From: a virus
Taxonomy: Duplodnaviria; Caudoviricetes
DNA: 64,000 nt
Strand: one strand, 5' to 3'
IMG/VR virus record: IMGVR_UViG_3300005934_000002
Span: 1 to 64,000 of that record
The translations under genes and the position numbers were made by a program. The notes beneath the pieces were generated by a model. The model had not been told where the DNA came from. It did no database searches and saw only the letters and a program-made list of their open reading frames with translations. Position 1 is the first letter of the stretch; each line of letters starts with the position of its first letter. Below, piece after piece: positions 27,801-35,565 of this stretch.

Positions 27801-30716
27801 ACTACTCACTTAAGAGTGAAGTTTGATAGAGTAACAGGAACATTCTTTATAACAACTCTTGAAGAAACAGAAACTTTTGTTGGCTCGGGTAGCAGATATA
27901 CATACAAACTTAAATGGCCAATTGATTTAAGACAAGACAAAATGACTGTCAAAATTGGTGATGAAGAAGTATTACCAAGTAGATTTAAAGTTGAAAATGT
28001 TGACGACTCAATTGGTAGAACACACGAACGTAAAATTGGTGTTATAACTTTTGATACTCCACCTGCTAATAATAAAACTATTACTATTGATTATCGTAAA
28101 GATATCTCTTTACTAACTGCACAGGATAGAATTAATTTATTCTACGATCCAACAACAGGAATGATTGCTAATGATTTAGGTCAATTACTTGATGGTATTG
28201 ATTATGGTGGTGTACAAGTTAAGAGTTTTGAATTCGGCGGAGGCTCTGGTTGGAGTGCAGACGGTTGGTTTACTTCTGCGTATGATACTTATGATAACAC
28301 ATTCGAAGATGAAATCTTCCGTATTTCAGACGATAGTACAAAAGTATATGATTTTGCAAAAGTATTAGAAACTGGTGTAGTTTACAATGTTTACAAAAAT
28401 GGTGTAAGAATTGATGATCCTAACTTTAGCACAACACCTACAAATCCAGATGCATTAATTGAAAGCATTACAGGTGCCGGCCAAACAGGATTTATTTTAA
28501 CTGACGATGGCACAGAAGTTGCATCAACAGTTATTAAGTTTGACGAAGAAATTGTTCCAACACAAAGTGGTGATGTAATTATTATTCGTAAAAATACATC
28601 AGATGGTTCGTTTATTCCAGATCCAAGAGCATATGACACTATTGTAACTGGCGGCGACTTAGCGTATTCAACTGCAACAGGTATTAATCCAGAAGATATT
28701 AATATTGATGGTGACGGGTTTGTTACACAAACAACTTCTAAAGGTCCTGAAGAATTAATCCCAGGACAGTTGTTAGACACACTTGATATTAAAGTGTATG
28801 ATAGAGTTGGCGAAGGCGGAAGTATTATTGAAAGCGTTTCTTATGTTACAGATGGAGTTCAACAAACATTTAAGTTTAACGGAATACCGCAAGGCAAAGA
28901 TGCAATCTTTGTAAAACTTAATAATATAATTGTTCATAATTATACTGTAAATTATAAAGATAAAGAAATAACTTTTAATTCTATTCCGGCAAGTAATACA
29001 AAATTGAATATTGTTACAATGAGCGGTAACGGTGAAGCAATTCTTGATATGGATACATTTACAGGTGACGGTTCAACTATTCAATTTGTAACAGCAGTTG
29101 ATTGGAGAGATGAACTAAACAGTATTGTAACAGTTAACGGTGAAAAAGTTGATTACATTTTAGAAACAACAGATAGTTCATATGATACTGCAAATAAAGT
29201 AGTAATTAGTTTTGGTGCGGCACCGGCAAGTGATGCAGTTATTAACTTTGCAATTTACGCAAGTACGGCTCAAACATTTAGTGAAATTATTACCGACAAC
29301 TTAGTAGCAGACGGAAGTAGTGTGTCTTATGATTTAAGTATAACTCCATTTAGTAGTTTACCTGCAAGTCATAATTTAATTGTAAGAGTTGGTGATAATA
29401 TTCTTAATGCCGGATACAATGAAAAATTTGTAGTTGATAGTAGAATTGAATATCAATTACGTAACTGGCAACAGCCAGGCGGTACGTTAGGTGCTGATGA
29501 TATAATTGTTTTATTAAATGGTAGACTATTAACTTATACTTCGGATTATATTTTCCGTCCAGCAAACTCAAGTGTTGAAATTTTTGAAAACGTTGCTCAA
29601 CAAGGCGATATATTAGAAGTGTTTGTTACTACAGATGGTGAATACACAATAAGTGGAAATATTTTAACATTAAATACTGCTCCTGCAGAAGATGTTCCTA
29701 TTAAAGTAACACACTTCAGCAAACACGATGTACAACAGATTGATCGTAAGAATTTTGATATTGTTACACGTACAACTTTATCGTTTGAAAGTGTAGGAGA
29801 AATAGAATACAATCATTTACGTGCTGGATTAATTAAACTGCAAAGAGAAACTATTGATGCTGAATACGTTTGGATTATTTTAAATGGCAAATTACAAACT
29901 CCAAGTATTGATTACAAAGTTACTAATGATAGACTGTTTGTGCGTATGGCTCAACCATTAAATGAAAACGATGTAGTTGAAATTATTCAATTTGCAGAAG
30001 ACGGTCCGACAGTTGCTAAGTTTGGATTTAGACAATTTAAAGATATGTTAAATAGAACAGTTTATAAGCGTTTAGGCGACAGCAACAAATATAGATTAGC
30101 ACAAGATTTAAAACCGTTTGATAAAGAAATCTTAGTAGAAGATGCTTCAAATATGTTTGTTCCAGATAAGTTTACAAACACACCTGGAGTACTGTTTGTT
30201 AACGGAGAACGTATTGAATATATGGTTATAGATGGTAATAGTTTACAGCAACTTCGTAGAGGTACAATGGGTACTGGAGTAAAAGATATTCATAATATCG
30301 GAGATCAGTTATTTGATCAAGGATTCCAGCAAACTGTTCCTTATCAAGACCAAACATTAGTTAACACTTATAACGGTGACGGTGTTACAAACACATTTAA
30401 CTTAGACTGGGAGCCTAACAGTGTTAATGAATTTGAAGTATTTGTAGGTGGAAAACGCTTGAGAAAAACTGCTATTCAGGTGTTTGATCCAACTGTAAAC
30501 CAAGATTCACCAGAAGGTGATGTAACTGCACCAGCAGAATTCAGTATCAGTTCGCCTAATTTACTAACTATTGCAACACCTCCAGCAGACGGTGTACGCA
30601 TTACAGTAATTAGAAAAATTGGTAAAATTTGGAATGAACCAGGAAAAACATTAGGTAAGACAGAAAATGCAATAGCACAGTTCTTAAGAGCAGAAGAGGT
30701 TGACTTACCTAAATAA
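15804..30716 (+). CDS. Giant (4970 aa) baseplate wedge/structural protein, gp7-like, with propeller, CBM-like and Ig-like repeats
   Basis: Single 14.9-kb ORF coupled to gp6. Motifs LPRYFRT..NKKFL, FYQGFIQDKGT and YVREVKPYKTKI; IxxxGxGYxxxP repeats; FG-GAP-like blades. Confidence 0.7.
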   Translation: MAYDNDQNEFPINPDGENEKRTSLSHLPRYFRTPANKKFLSSTLDQLVQPGVVEKLNAYYGRKNAKAFSADDNYVGDVTKQREDYQLEPAVVIKDDVDNVTFYKDYNDFINQLRSFGNNNPDHSKINTQEYYAWNPHIDWDKFVNFREYYWLPSGPQVLPIYGQSKEVVSTFKVSLEENDDNVVYKFTPTGLTQNPTLKLYKGQTYIFEIDTPGHPIAFATNRAFTPGQAIITETVEGVLAPGKYEAEIYDADGYDTGEYIVEPVEGGITGFTEGDNISTLYTDGVESATVFVEKGTLKFTVPLDAPDRLFYISKNDVNTSGTILMYNILENTAINVEEEILQKKTYTTRTNVDLSNGMLVEFLGDVTPAKYGEGTWYVEGVGESIQLINKTDLEITGEYSANLFVPFDSENFDKLPFGQALNYPKDKDYITINRASIDGNPWSRHNRWFHRQTIEAVATANGTQPDLDQNQRAKRPIIEFDGGLRLFNFGSKFKQNVDLIDDKTNDVFSIIEGSIGYNVDGIDLIDGQRVLFTADPDIRVNGRIYKVTFINHLGTRQIALKEETDTDPITNETVLIKNGVENQGKIYWYNGTKWVKAQDKLTANQAPVFDLYDSTDESFQTYNSNTFAGTKLFSYKQGTGTNDTELGFPLSYRNIENSGDIVFNFDLLNGKFTYQVGQQTLTQTTDVATLRKYTDLNTYTSVSGWKKAVTESKQKVIRQYVVEGQKNNFAVDVFNRSGDLNQLDVKVFVNNERRTDWEINRENGIAYVTFTSNLARNDNVILHCTSEADKNDNGHYEFPINLGNNPLNENIQNFTYGEVADHVTTIIENVDGFVGKYPGSSNLRNLGQLAEYGTKFVQHSGPASLASYHITNKNYNVVKALRFARKEYAKFKRSFISIANEIGVDGTPRYVVDEVIKKWQSEKSKQTAFYWTDMIGNGANNKRSFSVTDPGNKFYSLTTPFNLKTVTAKAVYVYLNDSQLLHNRDYIFTDAGFIQITDKVTLAVDDVVDIYEYDSTDASYIPPTPTKFGLWPLHIPTMYVDNTYQTPQTVIKGHDGSIVKAYGDYRDELILELEKRIYNNIKIEYDKDIFDVDSFLGHASRDTGFTREDLDDVIITDFVEWLAVAGDPDYTDKSFYDRTNSFTWNYSYMTDPDGNPLPGFWRGVYNHYLGTDSPHTTPWKILGYIDQPDWWETVYGPAPYTRENLILWEDLQEGRVREPNKPIRYRPNYARKNLLKLIPVNTQGVLLSPYESGYAQGLILPETNREFVFGDEAPVETAWRRGSEFAFAFITAWLIHQPSKVMGLGFDRSRIVRNTAGDLVYTATNKRIKLSDLVFPNTSSSTVRTSTAGLVNYIFNYINADVTKLNEDYSNDIANIKTQLGFKVGGFSTKDKFRLVLDSRTPNNKGNVFIPEENYKLFLNTSSPVDTVSYSGVIIEKRPGGFVVRGYDKSKPYFDYFKYIERAKDPVVNVGGVSESFLEWESGQRYQKDQIVRFGNDFFRVKVSGTFDTFVQDNFAKLADLPIEGGVDAILRRNFETERSKLNYGTLFRTAQQVTDFLLGYGKYLEYKGFVFDKFNKTIETVENWELSAREFLFWTTQNWSDGALLTLSPSAINLQFYRDYAVVDNIFDNFYDYTLLKADGKKLQEDFANTIRSSQNEFGLTLKNTADGIYFVKLPLVQKEHVCLLDNSTVFNDTIYNPGPGYRQQRVRVLGYRSVDWDGGVNIPGFTLDTVSVVDWKENTDYKIADVVYYKTRYYSAKYKIPGSTEFNDNDWYLLSEKPQNELIPNFDYKANQFADFYDLDTDNFDSEQQRLAQHLIGYQKRTYLENIINDDVSQYKFYQGFIQDKGTTNSLSKLFDALSNTENSSLEFFEDWAFKVGQYGASDSFDEVEFEIDESKFRLSPQPFQLVQTIDPLATDLVYRYSPVDVYSKPPKYDHKPFPTKYIEEDESYIKTAGYVAEDDINFKVTNYDDILDLDLQQVEIGQYIWVAKREQTWDVLRQTETDMKVSSIINSDSSKSIEIKTRKAPTVAKGDIIGVLGVGPKQNRFYKVLRVSLDIIYAQTTGEVEDAPEADGFILKLISSRVATLNDVNEKITRDNYSTQERVWVDHDENARWTVIENSNTYDLTQQVYNVTTPGLLDTDVRIFGTSISSNTNNTIVPVGSPAPLTAVDSSNNPIQGRVDIHFRASEGLNLVLSQSLDAPVGYFDGIQSFGRSTAISSDGRWIFVGIPYASNVKTKFKGQFGPAASYAKGDIVKYTNQYWSAKNIIEPTDPSLDFPSFNSHLRHLIGTYNQTTGTYDNVYYMLRGNFLFQEESTDHILIRAPRLAYVATTPGDTLELFWNDINARYPSAPGIQPFNGNPTLSKQFFDGNHTIVDKIDDILLVDNTQAIPSVGETISSATAIGIVAFVFTTGDNRTLIYIRDANGDFESEGTLFVGDISVGAFERAVEQDDDNLGGWWKINVGSTFQSIATIETQPYLVITDIIQDGIQRTPNYYQNVLRTVDNPAEVSITSYIESLTYTGDSGDELSDKWVFRAPSNLNNELVIGNTFNFFFNEYRNADNLLQDPSVIGSNITHDYLNNTEHTINDLWEGWIDVNLTNFDDRGSPTPGDPDYNPNYGNPFIPIVGDTVQDNDTLATAEVVAIEKTFNDLRVWVKAVTGTWKLGNVNQNISSMSIVGGSQGVGVIRLVGTTQDTHLRTSTAGWIVVVDRGENIPRGTTRTLQGFEYWIYKSQLLDGIARAANPPSKTNNDWQRVYNIPADENGVASTLQRQGAFAIYERNASNFYNLIGTYVTPDSESERYLGSDIRIVTHTNGAYSAYVLSKGNGTFDQPGRINIFNYDVNGGWKLGADANYRGDFVTTVPYFEGEYVRYDNAVYQALTNLVPGNFNSNNWQEVTTGIELNGFLPNDTGFIIGTDSAIDSDNLYEFGTQFDVSLTGSILATIVKYGDAIDSSIATRKLVIYRKSLLGHYVFDQMIDAPYANINYGDSIAVSTDGLFIAVGAPNYTDTSSNQGTVFIYEQVNGRFEQVQHLVGPSGLPNEKFGTVVRYDNDRIVVHSAGGDLFSSTEFDSGTTVFDNGTTHFSSTLIDTGEVFVFELLGNRYVYSDKLEFTDRSTLYFGRTLLIKNNHIYVSLPQYRQSGKQVVGTVLDYRVRPNTKLWERKRNQRPLVDVEKIKGISIYNRKTKTVEEYLDYIDPVQGKIAGQAEVEISFKTTFDPATYNNASINTVSKDVTMFTANEMVGKLWWDTDAVRFINPYSNTGNIFNVSNSMNTIFPGTEVEVYEWVESTLTPQQWDERSESEAGLAQGISGKTKHGMNAYSTKRVYDEPAQKFTNYYYFWVRNKKTVPNVPGRTISGADVQELIRDPSGQGYKFISLLNNNEWTAHNLESTIRGLDTILKFAYWTIDKTDNNIHNQYRIITDGLETSVPKSDLERKWYDSLIGYDEQGREVPDRFLGEKERYGILNNPRQTMFVNRIEALKQLVERVNSVLIKNVLIDDFDLSDLEKNDPIPTLSSRRYDVQIDTNDELDFVAVGKVQRATLNTTIQDGKLLRVDIVNPGRGYKTVPTITFVTSTGEGAEVQLEINNVGSVTNAKVISSGRNYQDNDSIVVRNFTVLTTTDNSYANKWSLYEYVGGLIPWNRIASQRFDVAPYWSYADWYKTGYNSLTKSDYVIDETYELDSLGDSYGDIVKINSVGSGGWLLLRKIDNQVNVDYTINYETIGRQNATIQLSSSIYDYADELVGYDSFGYDDSAFDLQPIDELRIVLSALRDKIFVDNLAIHYNELFFAQMRYILSEQKFVDWMFKTSFVKAKHNIGKLRKDITFNNDFLESYEDYVREVKPYKTKIREYLSTYEGEENSQTMVTDFDLPPAYNTQQGKITPQSAIVYNDEIRVSSDLINSYPYKHWADNASFQIKEITIFDAGSGYENAPGVEFVGGGGSGATAVAYVGGGKITEIKITNPGTGYVSAPTVVLNGNVADGGKIARVNAVIGNTNLRTTHLRVKFDRVTGTFFITTLEETETFVGSGSRYTYKLKWPIDLRQDKMTVKIGDEEVLPSRFKVENVDDSIGRTHERKIGVITFDTPPANNKTITIDYRKDISLLTAQDRINLFYDPTTGMIANDLGQLLDGIDYGGVQVKSFEFGGGSGWSADGWFTSAYDTYDNTFEDEIFRISDDSTKVYDFAKVLETGVVYNVYKNGVRIDDPNFSTTPTNPDALIESITGAGQTGFILTDDGTEVASTVIKFDEEIVPTQSGDVIIIRKNTSDGSFIPDPRAYDTIVTGGDLAYSTATGINPEDINIDGDGFVTQTTSKGPEELIPGQLLDTLDIKVYDRVGEGGSIIESVSYVTDGVQQTFKFNGIPQGKDAIFVKLNNIIVHNYTVNYKDKEITFNSIPASNTKLNIVTMSGNGEAILDMDTFTGDGSTIQFVTAVDWRDELNSIVTVNGEKVDYILETTDSSYDTANKVVISFGAAPASDAVINFAIYASTAQTFSEIITDNLVADGSSVSYDLSITPFSSLPASHNLIVRVGDNILNAGYNEKFVVDSRIEYQLRNWQQPGGTLGADDIIVLLNGRLLTYTSDYIFRPANSSVEIFENVAQQGDILEVFVTTDGEYTISGNILTLNTAPAEDVPIKVTHFSKHDVQQIDRKNFDIVTRTTLSFESVGEIEYNHLRAGLIKLQRETIDAEYVWIILNGKLQTPSIDYKVTNDRLFVRMAQPLNENDVVEIIQFAEDGPTVAKFGFRQFKDMLNRTVYKRLGDSNKYRLAQDLKPFDKEILVEDASNMFVPDKFTNTPGVLFVNGERIEYMVIDGNSLQQLRRGTMGTGVKDIHNIGDQLFDQGFQQTVPYQDQTLVNTYNGDGVTNTFNLDWEPNSVNEFEVFVGGKRLRKTAIQVFDPTVNQDSPEGDVTAPAEFSISSPNLLTIATPPADGVRITVIRKIGKIWNEPGKTLGKTENAIAQFLRAEEVDLPK

Positions 30717-30719
30717 ATA
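30712..30719 (+). promoter_or_regulatory. Late-type promoter (AATAAATA)
   Basis: Overlaps the stop of the giant ORF; upstream of the TAGGA RBS and the ATG at 30737. Confidence 0.6.
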
Positions 30720-30736
30720 CAATGTAGGATAACAAA

Positions 30737-31351
30737 ATGACAGACAACTTATTAGACAAAAACGGAGTATTAGTGCAAGGGCATATTAAGATATTTGACC
30801 CTGAAACTAAAGAAATTTTAATAGATAAGCGAAATGCTATTCATTATGAAAATATGAGTATAGCATTGGCTGAGTCTTTGGCTAACGCTGGCCAAGGATT
30901 TGTATACGAAATGGCGTTTGGAAATGGTGGTACAAGTGTTGATCCTACAGGCATTATTACATATCTTACTCCAAACTCAACTGGTACAAATGCAAGTTTA
31001 TACAATCAAACTTATAAAAAGATTGTAGACGATCAGTCTGTTAATAACGTAGATCCTAACAGAAATAAAATTGAAACAAGACACGTTACTGGAACAAATT
31101 ACACAGATATTATTGTACAGTGTTTGCTTGATTACGGTGAGCCAAATGGCCAAGAAGCAAACGATACTGCTACAGATACAGAAGGTGCATATGTTTTTGA
31201 CGAATTAGGTCTTGTAAGTTACTCACCAACAGGAACAGGAAGATTGCTTACACACGTTATTTTCCATCCAGTTCAAAAGAGTTTAAATAGATTAATTCAA
31301 ATTGACTACACAGTCAGAGTACAATCACTAACTGGTTTTAACGAGGGGTAA
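30737..31351 (+). CDS. Virion structural protein (baseplate/fibre attachment)
   Basis: 204 aa; VFDELGL...LLTHVIFHPVQKSLNRLIQIDYTVR resembles beta-sandwich fibre-attachment domains; lies within the tail operon. Confidence 0.55.
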   Translation: MTDNLLDKNGVLVQGHIKIFDPETKEILIDKRNAIHYENMSIALAESLANAGQGFVYEMAFGNGGTSVDPTGIITYLTPNSTGTNASLYNQTYKKIVDDQSVNNVDPNRNKIETRHVTGTNYTDIIVQCLLDYGEPNGQEANDTATDTEGAYVFDELGLVSYSPTGTGRLLTHVIFHPVQKSLNRLIQIDYTVRVQSLTGFNEG

Positions 31352-31355
31352 TTAA

Positions 31356-33437
31356 ATGGCATATACAATTAATTACACTGACATTACAAATAAAGGCAGT
31401 ATTGTAATTGAAGACAATACCGTTGATACAACAACGTCTTTAAGTATTCCAGGTAGATTTACAACAGACTACGGTTCGCTTATTGGTCAAAACTTTTTAC
31501 AACTATTAGAAAATTTTGCAAATAATAATGCACCTTCAAGACCTATCGAAGGACAATTATGGTATGACACAAGTATTGGTGTTAATCTACTTAAACTTTA
31601 TGACGGTACTAACTGGATTGAAGCAGGAGGATTAAAAAGAGGTGAGTCTGCACCCGATGTTGCTAACTCAGTAGCAGGCGACCTTTGGGCAGATACAGAC
31701 AATCAACAACTTTATTTGTTTACTGGTTCGGGTTGGATCTTAGTAGGTCCAGAATTTAGTGATGGTTTAGCCGCAGGTGTTAGACCTACAACACTAACAG
31801 GAACCGACAACATAAACTATACAGCATTACAAGTTGAAATTGGTGGTAAAGTATTAGCAATTTATGCCACAAGTGGATTTACACCTAAGGCAACAATTAC
31901 AGGATTTACAACAATCAAACCTGGTTTCAATATGAGTACTGCTAATATTACTGGCGCCGGCGTTCCTAAGTATTACGGAGTTTCAGAAAAAGCAGAGAAC
32001 TTAATTATTCCTGGTGAAGTAGAACCAGTTCCAGCGGCAAACTTTTTAAGAGGCGACAAAGCATCAGTATCAAATCAACAATTAACAATTAGAAATAATT
32101 CTGGTATATCAATTGGTAGTGATGCAGTTGTTCAAATTGGTATTGAAGGTCAGAATGCAATTATTTCAAATAATACTTCTGGTGCAAATATTGATTTAAG
32201 AATTAACAATGCAGGTAATTTACAACCTGTATTAAGAATTGATTCAACACAAAAAGTTGGTATTAACAATTTATCACCGCAAGAGTCATTAGATGTAACA
32301 GGTAATGCAATTATTTCAAATAACTTAGTTATTAATGGAATTACAGAAGCAGTTAATACAGGTACAGGATCTATTGTAACAACAGGTGGTATTGGTGTTG
32401 CTAAGAGTGCAAGAATCGGAAACCAATTAGAAGTTAACGGTGTTACTACTGTTGGCGGAAATATTTTACCAGATCAAACTAATACTATTAATATTGGTTC
32501 TACAGATTATAAATTTGCAGAAATTAACGCTAATACATTTAGAGGAAACTTAGTAGGTAACATTACTGGTACAGTTACAGGACGTTCAGGTAGTACTGAT
32601 AAACTTGCAAGTAGAACAACATTTAGAGTTACTGGAGATGTAACAGCACCTGATGTAATTTATGATGGTCAATATACTGCTCCAGGCGAAACTACTCTTG
32701 TTAAAGAATTTGATATTAGTGTAAACAGTACATTTATTACAAATAAACAATCAGTACCGAGTTCAAGATTTGATGACGAAATTTTAGTTAACAGAGTTAA
32801 TGATGAAAATGGTAGTGGAACAGGTATTAAAAAGATTTCAAGAAACAATCTATTTGCGGCAATTCCAACTAACCCTATAGGTATTATTACACCATATGCT
32901 GGTGCGTTTAATGTTGATTCAGAACAAACACTTGAATTAGCAGGTTGGTTACCATGTGATGGTAGAGAAGTGTTTATTGTTGACCATTCAGATTTATATG
33001 ATATAATCGGAACAAGATACAAAGCAAATCCAACTATTGGTAAATTTGCACTACCAGACTTACGTGGTAGATTTGCACTTGGTCAAGATAATATGGGTAC
33101 ATCAAAAGGATCAGCAAATAGAGTTGTAAACGAAAACGCAGACGTACTTGGCGGTACTGCTGGTGTTGAGAAAAAACCAATTGAAGTTGAAAACTTACCA
33201 GAACACGAACACGATTTAAGAGGACCAAGCGGTACACAATATTATGTGTCACGTGATGTTCAAGGAGCACCAGTTGATGATGATGCTACAGTAGGTGATG
33301 CACCAACTGGAACAAATGCAGGACAGAAGTTTCCTTTCTCAGGTGGTGTTTTAAGTAATAATCAAGTAGGTCAAGACTTTGATGTAATGAACCCATACTT
33401 GGCTGTTAATTACATAATTTACGCGGGGGCAAACTAA
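31356..33437 (+). CDS. Tail fibre-like protein with C-terminal phage tail-collar domain (gp12-like)
   Basis: PIGIITPYAG...GWLPCDG...LYDIIG.RY...FALPDLRGRF collar motif, LPEHEHDL and NPYLAVNYII. Confidence 0.8.
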   Translation: MAYTINYTDITNKGSIVIEDNTVDTTTSLSIPGRFTTDYGSLIGQNFLQLLENFANNNAPSRPIEGQLWYDTSIGVNLLKLYDGTNWIEAGGLKRGESAPDVANSVAGDLWADTDNQQLYLFTGSGWILVGPEFSDGLAAGVRPTTLTGTDNINYTALQVEIGGKVLAIYATSGFTPKATITGFTTIKPGFNMSTANITGAGVPKYYGVSEKAENLIIPGEVEPVPAANFLRGDKASVSNQQLTIRNNSGISIGSDAVVQIGIEGQNAIISNNTSGANIDLRINNAGNLQPVLRIDSTQKVGINNLSPQESLDVTGNAIISNNLVINGITEAVNTGTGSIVTTGGIGVAKSARIGNQLEVNGVTTVGGNILPDQTNTINIGSTDYKFAEINANTFRGNLVGNITGTVTGRSGSTDKLASRTTFRVTGDVTAPDVIYDGQYTAPGETTLVKEFDISVNSTFITNKQSVPSSRFDDEILVNRVNDENGSGTGIKKISRNNLFAAIPTNPIGIITPYAGAFNVDSEQTLELAGWLPCDGREVFIVDHSDLYDIIGTRYKANPTIGKFALPDLRGRFALGQDNMGTSKGSANRVVNENADVLGGTAGVEKKPIEVENLPEHEHDLRGPSGTQYYVSRDVQGAPVDDDATVGDAPTGTNAGQKFPFSGGVLSNNQVGQDFDVMNPYLAVNYIIYAGAN

Positions 33438-35533
33438 TGGCATATCAGATTAATAAAACTAACGGAGATTTGTTAGTAGAATTAGTTGACGGACAACTTA
33501 ATACACAAACAACTGACATTTCACTGATTGGTAGAAATTATTCTGGCTTTGGTGAAAGCATCAACGAAAACTTCGTTAAGATGTTGGAAAACTTTACCAA
33601 CACACAGGCACCTGCAAATCCTTTAACTGGACAACTATGGTATGACAGTGGAGAAGCAAGATTAAAAATTTGGAATGGCACTACATTTAAAAGTGCTGGC
33701 GGTCCTATTGTAAGTCCAACACAGCCTCAATTAGTTGCAGGCGATCTTTGGATTGATAATCAAAATAACAAATTATATTTTTATGATGGAACTGACTTAG
33801 TACTTGTTGGTCCAGATTATGCATCATCAGAAGGAATATCAGGATTTTCAACTGAAACAGTTCTTGATACAACACAAACTAATAGAACACTTGTTAATTT
33901 AAATGTTGGCGGTGAAACTGAAGCAGTTATATCTAATATTAGATTTACTCCAGATCCAAGTAATCCTGTAACTGGTATTACTGGCGCTGTAGAAAAAGGT
34001 ATCAATGTTATTGATGATGATTTTAAATTCCACGGAACAGCAACATCAGCAGATACAATTATTAACGCACAAGGCATTAAGAAAAATGCGTCACAGTTTT
34101 TACCTACAGATGCTAATGGTGTAACCAACGGCACACTTACTACAATCAACAATGGTGGTATTACCGTAGGTCCAGAAGATAACTTTGTTATTAAGATTAA
34201 TGCAAACCATACAGAACTTGATAACCAAGTACGTGATAGAAACTTAGAATTTAAAGTAAGAAAAGCCACAGGTGCAACATCAGCAATTAAAATTAAAACA
34301 TCAACATCACATCTTGGTATTTTTGAATCAGATCCACAGTATACATTAGATGTAGGTGGAGATGTAAGAGTACAAGGTAATATGACTATTGCTGGTACTA
34401 CTTTCCAAACAGATGTTGAAGAAGTAAAAATTGCAGATAAAAATATGCAACTTGGTTTTGCAGATCCTGCTCAACCAGATGCTGACATTAATGGCGGCGG
34501 ATTAACACTTGTTTCCAGCGATGGTGATAAAACTTTTAATTGGTTACAAGCAACTAACGCTTGGACATCCAATGTTTGGTACGACACTACACAAGGTTAT
34601 AAACTAAACGGCAACACAGTATTAAATGGAACAGCATTAAGTTATATTACAAGTGCTCCTGATATGCAAACACTTGGTGTATTAACAAGTCTTAATGTTG
34701 ATAACGTAAACATTGATGCACAAAAAGTTTCATCAACTGTTGGTAACTTGCAACTTGAAAGTACATCAGGAGTTATTGAAGTACAAAGTTCAAATAGAAT
34801 TACAGGCGTAGGCGCACCAGTTAACCTTTCAGATGCGACAAACAAAGAATATGTTGATAACGCTATTGATGCAGAAGGTGTTGCAATGGCACTTAATATC
34901 ACCGGAATGGGATATGATCCAGTTCAAAATGGTGGAGCGGCCTTTGCTACTAAAATTACAACATTATTAGAAGAAATTATTCCAGCGGCAAACAAAGCCA
35001 ATGGTACTATTGCAAAGATTCATGCTACTGATCAAACAGGTGCAAGTGCAACTTTTGCCGCGGCAGATTTAAATGCGGCTCTTAGTGAAAGCACAGTTGC
35101 AGTAGATAAAACTGTAACAGTTGCAACAAGAACAATTACAGGTGTAACAACAGGTACAACAACTATTTTACAATTAGATGCTGTACACGGTTATGATGCA
35201 GGAAGAAGTGTTATTATTGCTGGCGCAACATATGGCACAGGAACACCATGGGCCAACCTAAATGGAACATGGAATATTGACAGAATTGTAAGTTCTACAG
35301 AAATTGAAGTATCAGCAAATACACTTGCTGATGCAGGTGTAGTTTACGATGCAAACAGTGGTACTACTCAGAGGGTAACAGAGACAGGGCAAGAGAACGA
35401 AGATGTGTTAAAAGACGTAGAATTTACAGATGTAACAGGTTCAGTAACACTTACAGTTAACAGATATGTCCTTACTTGTACTGTAGCGGGTAATGCGTGG
35501 ACTTATACGAGTGGAGCAACTTCTGCCGTATAG
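33437..35533 (+). CDS. Tail fibre-like protein, paralog of 31356
   Basis: Shares the N-terminal module MAYxINxT...GRNYSGFGESINENFVKMLENF..P.NP..GQLWYD. Confidence 0.7.
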   Translation: MAYQINKTNGDLLVELVDGQLNTQTTDISLIGRNYSGFGESINENFVKMLENFTNTQAPANPLTGQLWYDSGEARLKIWNGTTFKSAGGPIVSPTQPQLVAGDLWIDNQNNKLYFYDGTDLVLVGPDYASSEGISGFSTETVLDTTQTNRTLVNLNVGGETEAVISNIRFTPDPSNPVTGITGAVEKGINVIDDDFKFHGTATSADTIINAQGIKKNASQFLPTDANGVTNGTLTTINNGGITVGPEDNFVIKINANHTELDNQVRDRNLEFKVRKATGATSAIKIKTSTSHLGIFESDPQYTLDVGGDVRVQGNMTIAGTTFQTDVEEVKIADKNMQLGFADPAQPDADINGGGLTLVSSDGDKTFNWLQATNAWTSNVWYDTTQGYKLNGNTVLNGTALSYITSAPDMQTLGVLTSLNVDNVNIDAQKVSSTVGNLQLESTSGVIEVQSSNRITGVGAPVNLSDATNKEYVDNAIDAEGVAMALNITGMGYDPVQNGGAAFATKITTLLEEIIPAANKANGTIAKIHATDQTGASATFAAADLNAALSESTVAVDKTVTVATRTITGVTTGTTTILQLDAVHGYDAGRSVIIAGATYGTGTPWANLNGTWNIDRIVSSTEIEVSANTLADAGVVYDANSGTTQRVTETGQENEDVLKDVEFTDVTGSVTLTVNRYVLTCTVAGNAWTYTSGATSAV

Positions 35534-35541
35534 CATAAATA
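35534..35541 (+). promoter_or_regulatory. Late-type promoter (CATAAATA)
   Basis: Intergenic, upstream of the AAGGGG RBS and the ATG at 35566. Confidence 0.6.
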
Positions 35542-35565
35542 CATACAATAAAGGGGTTATTAACT

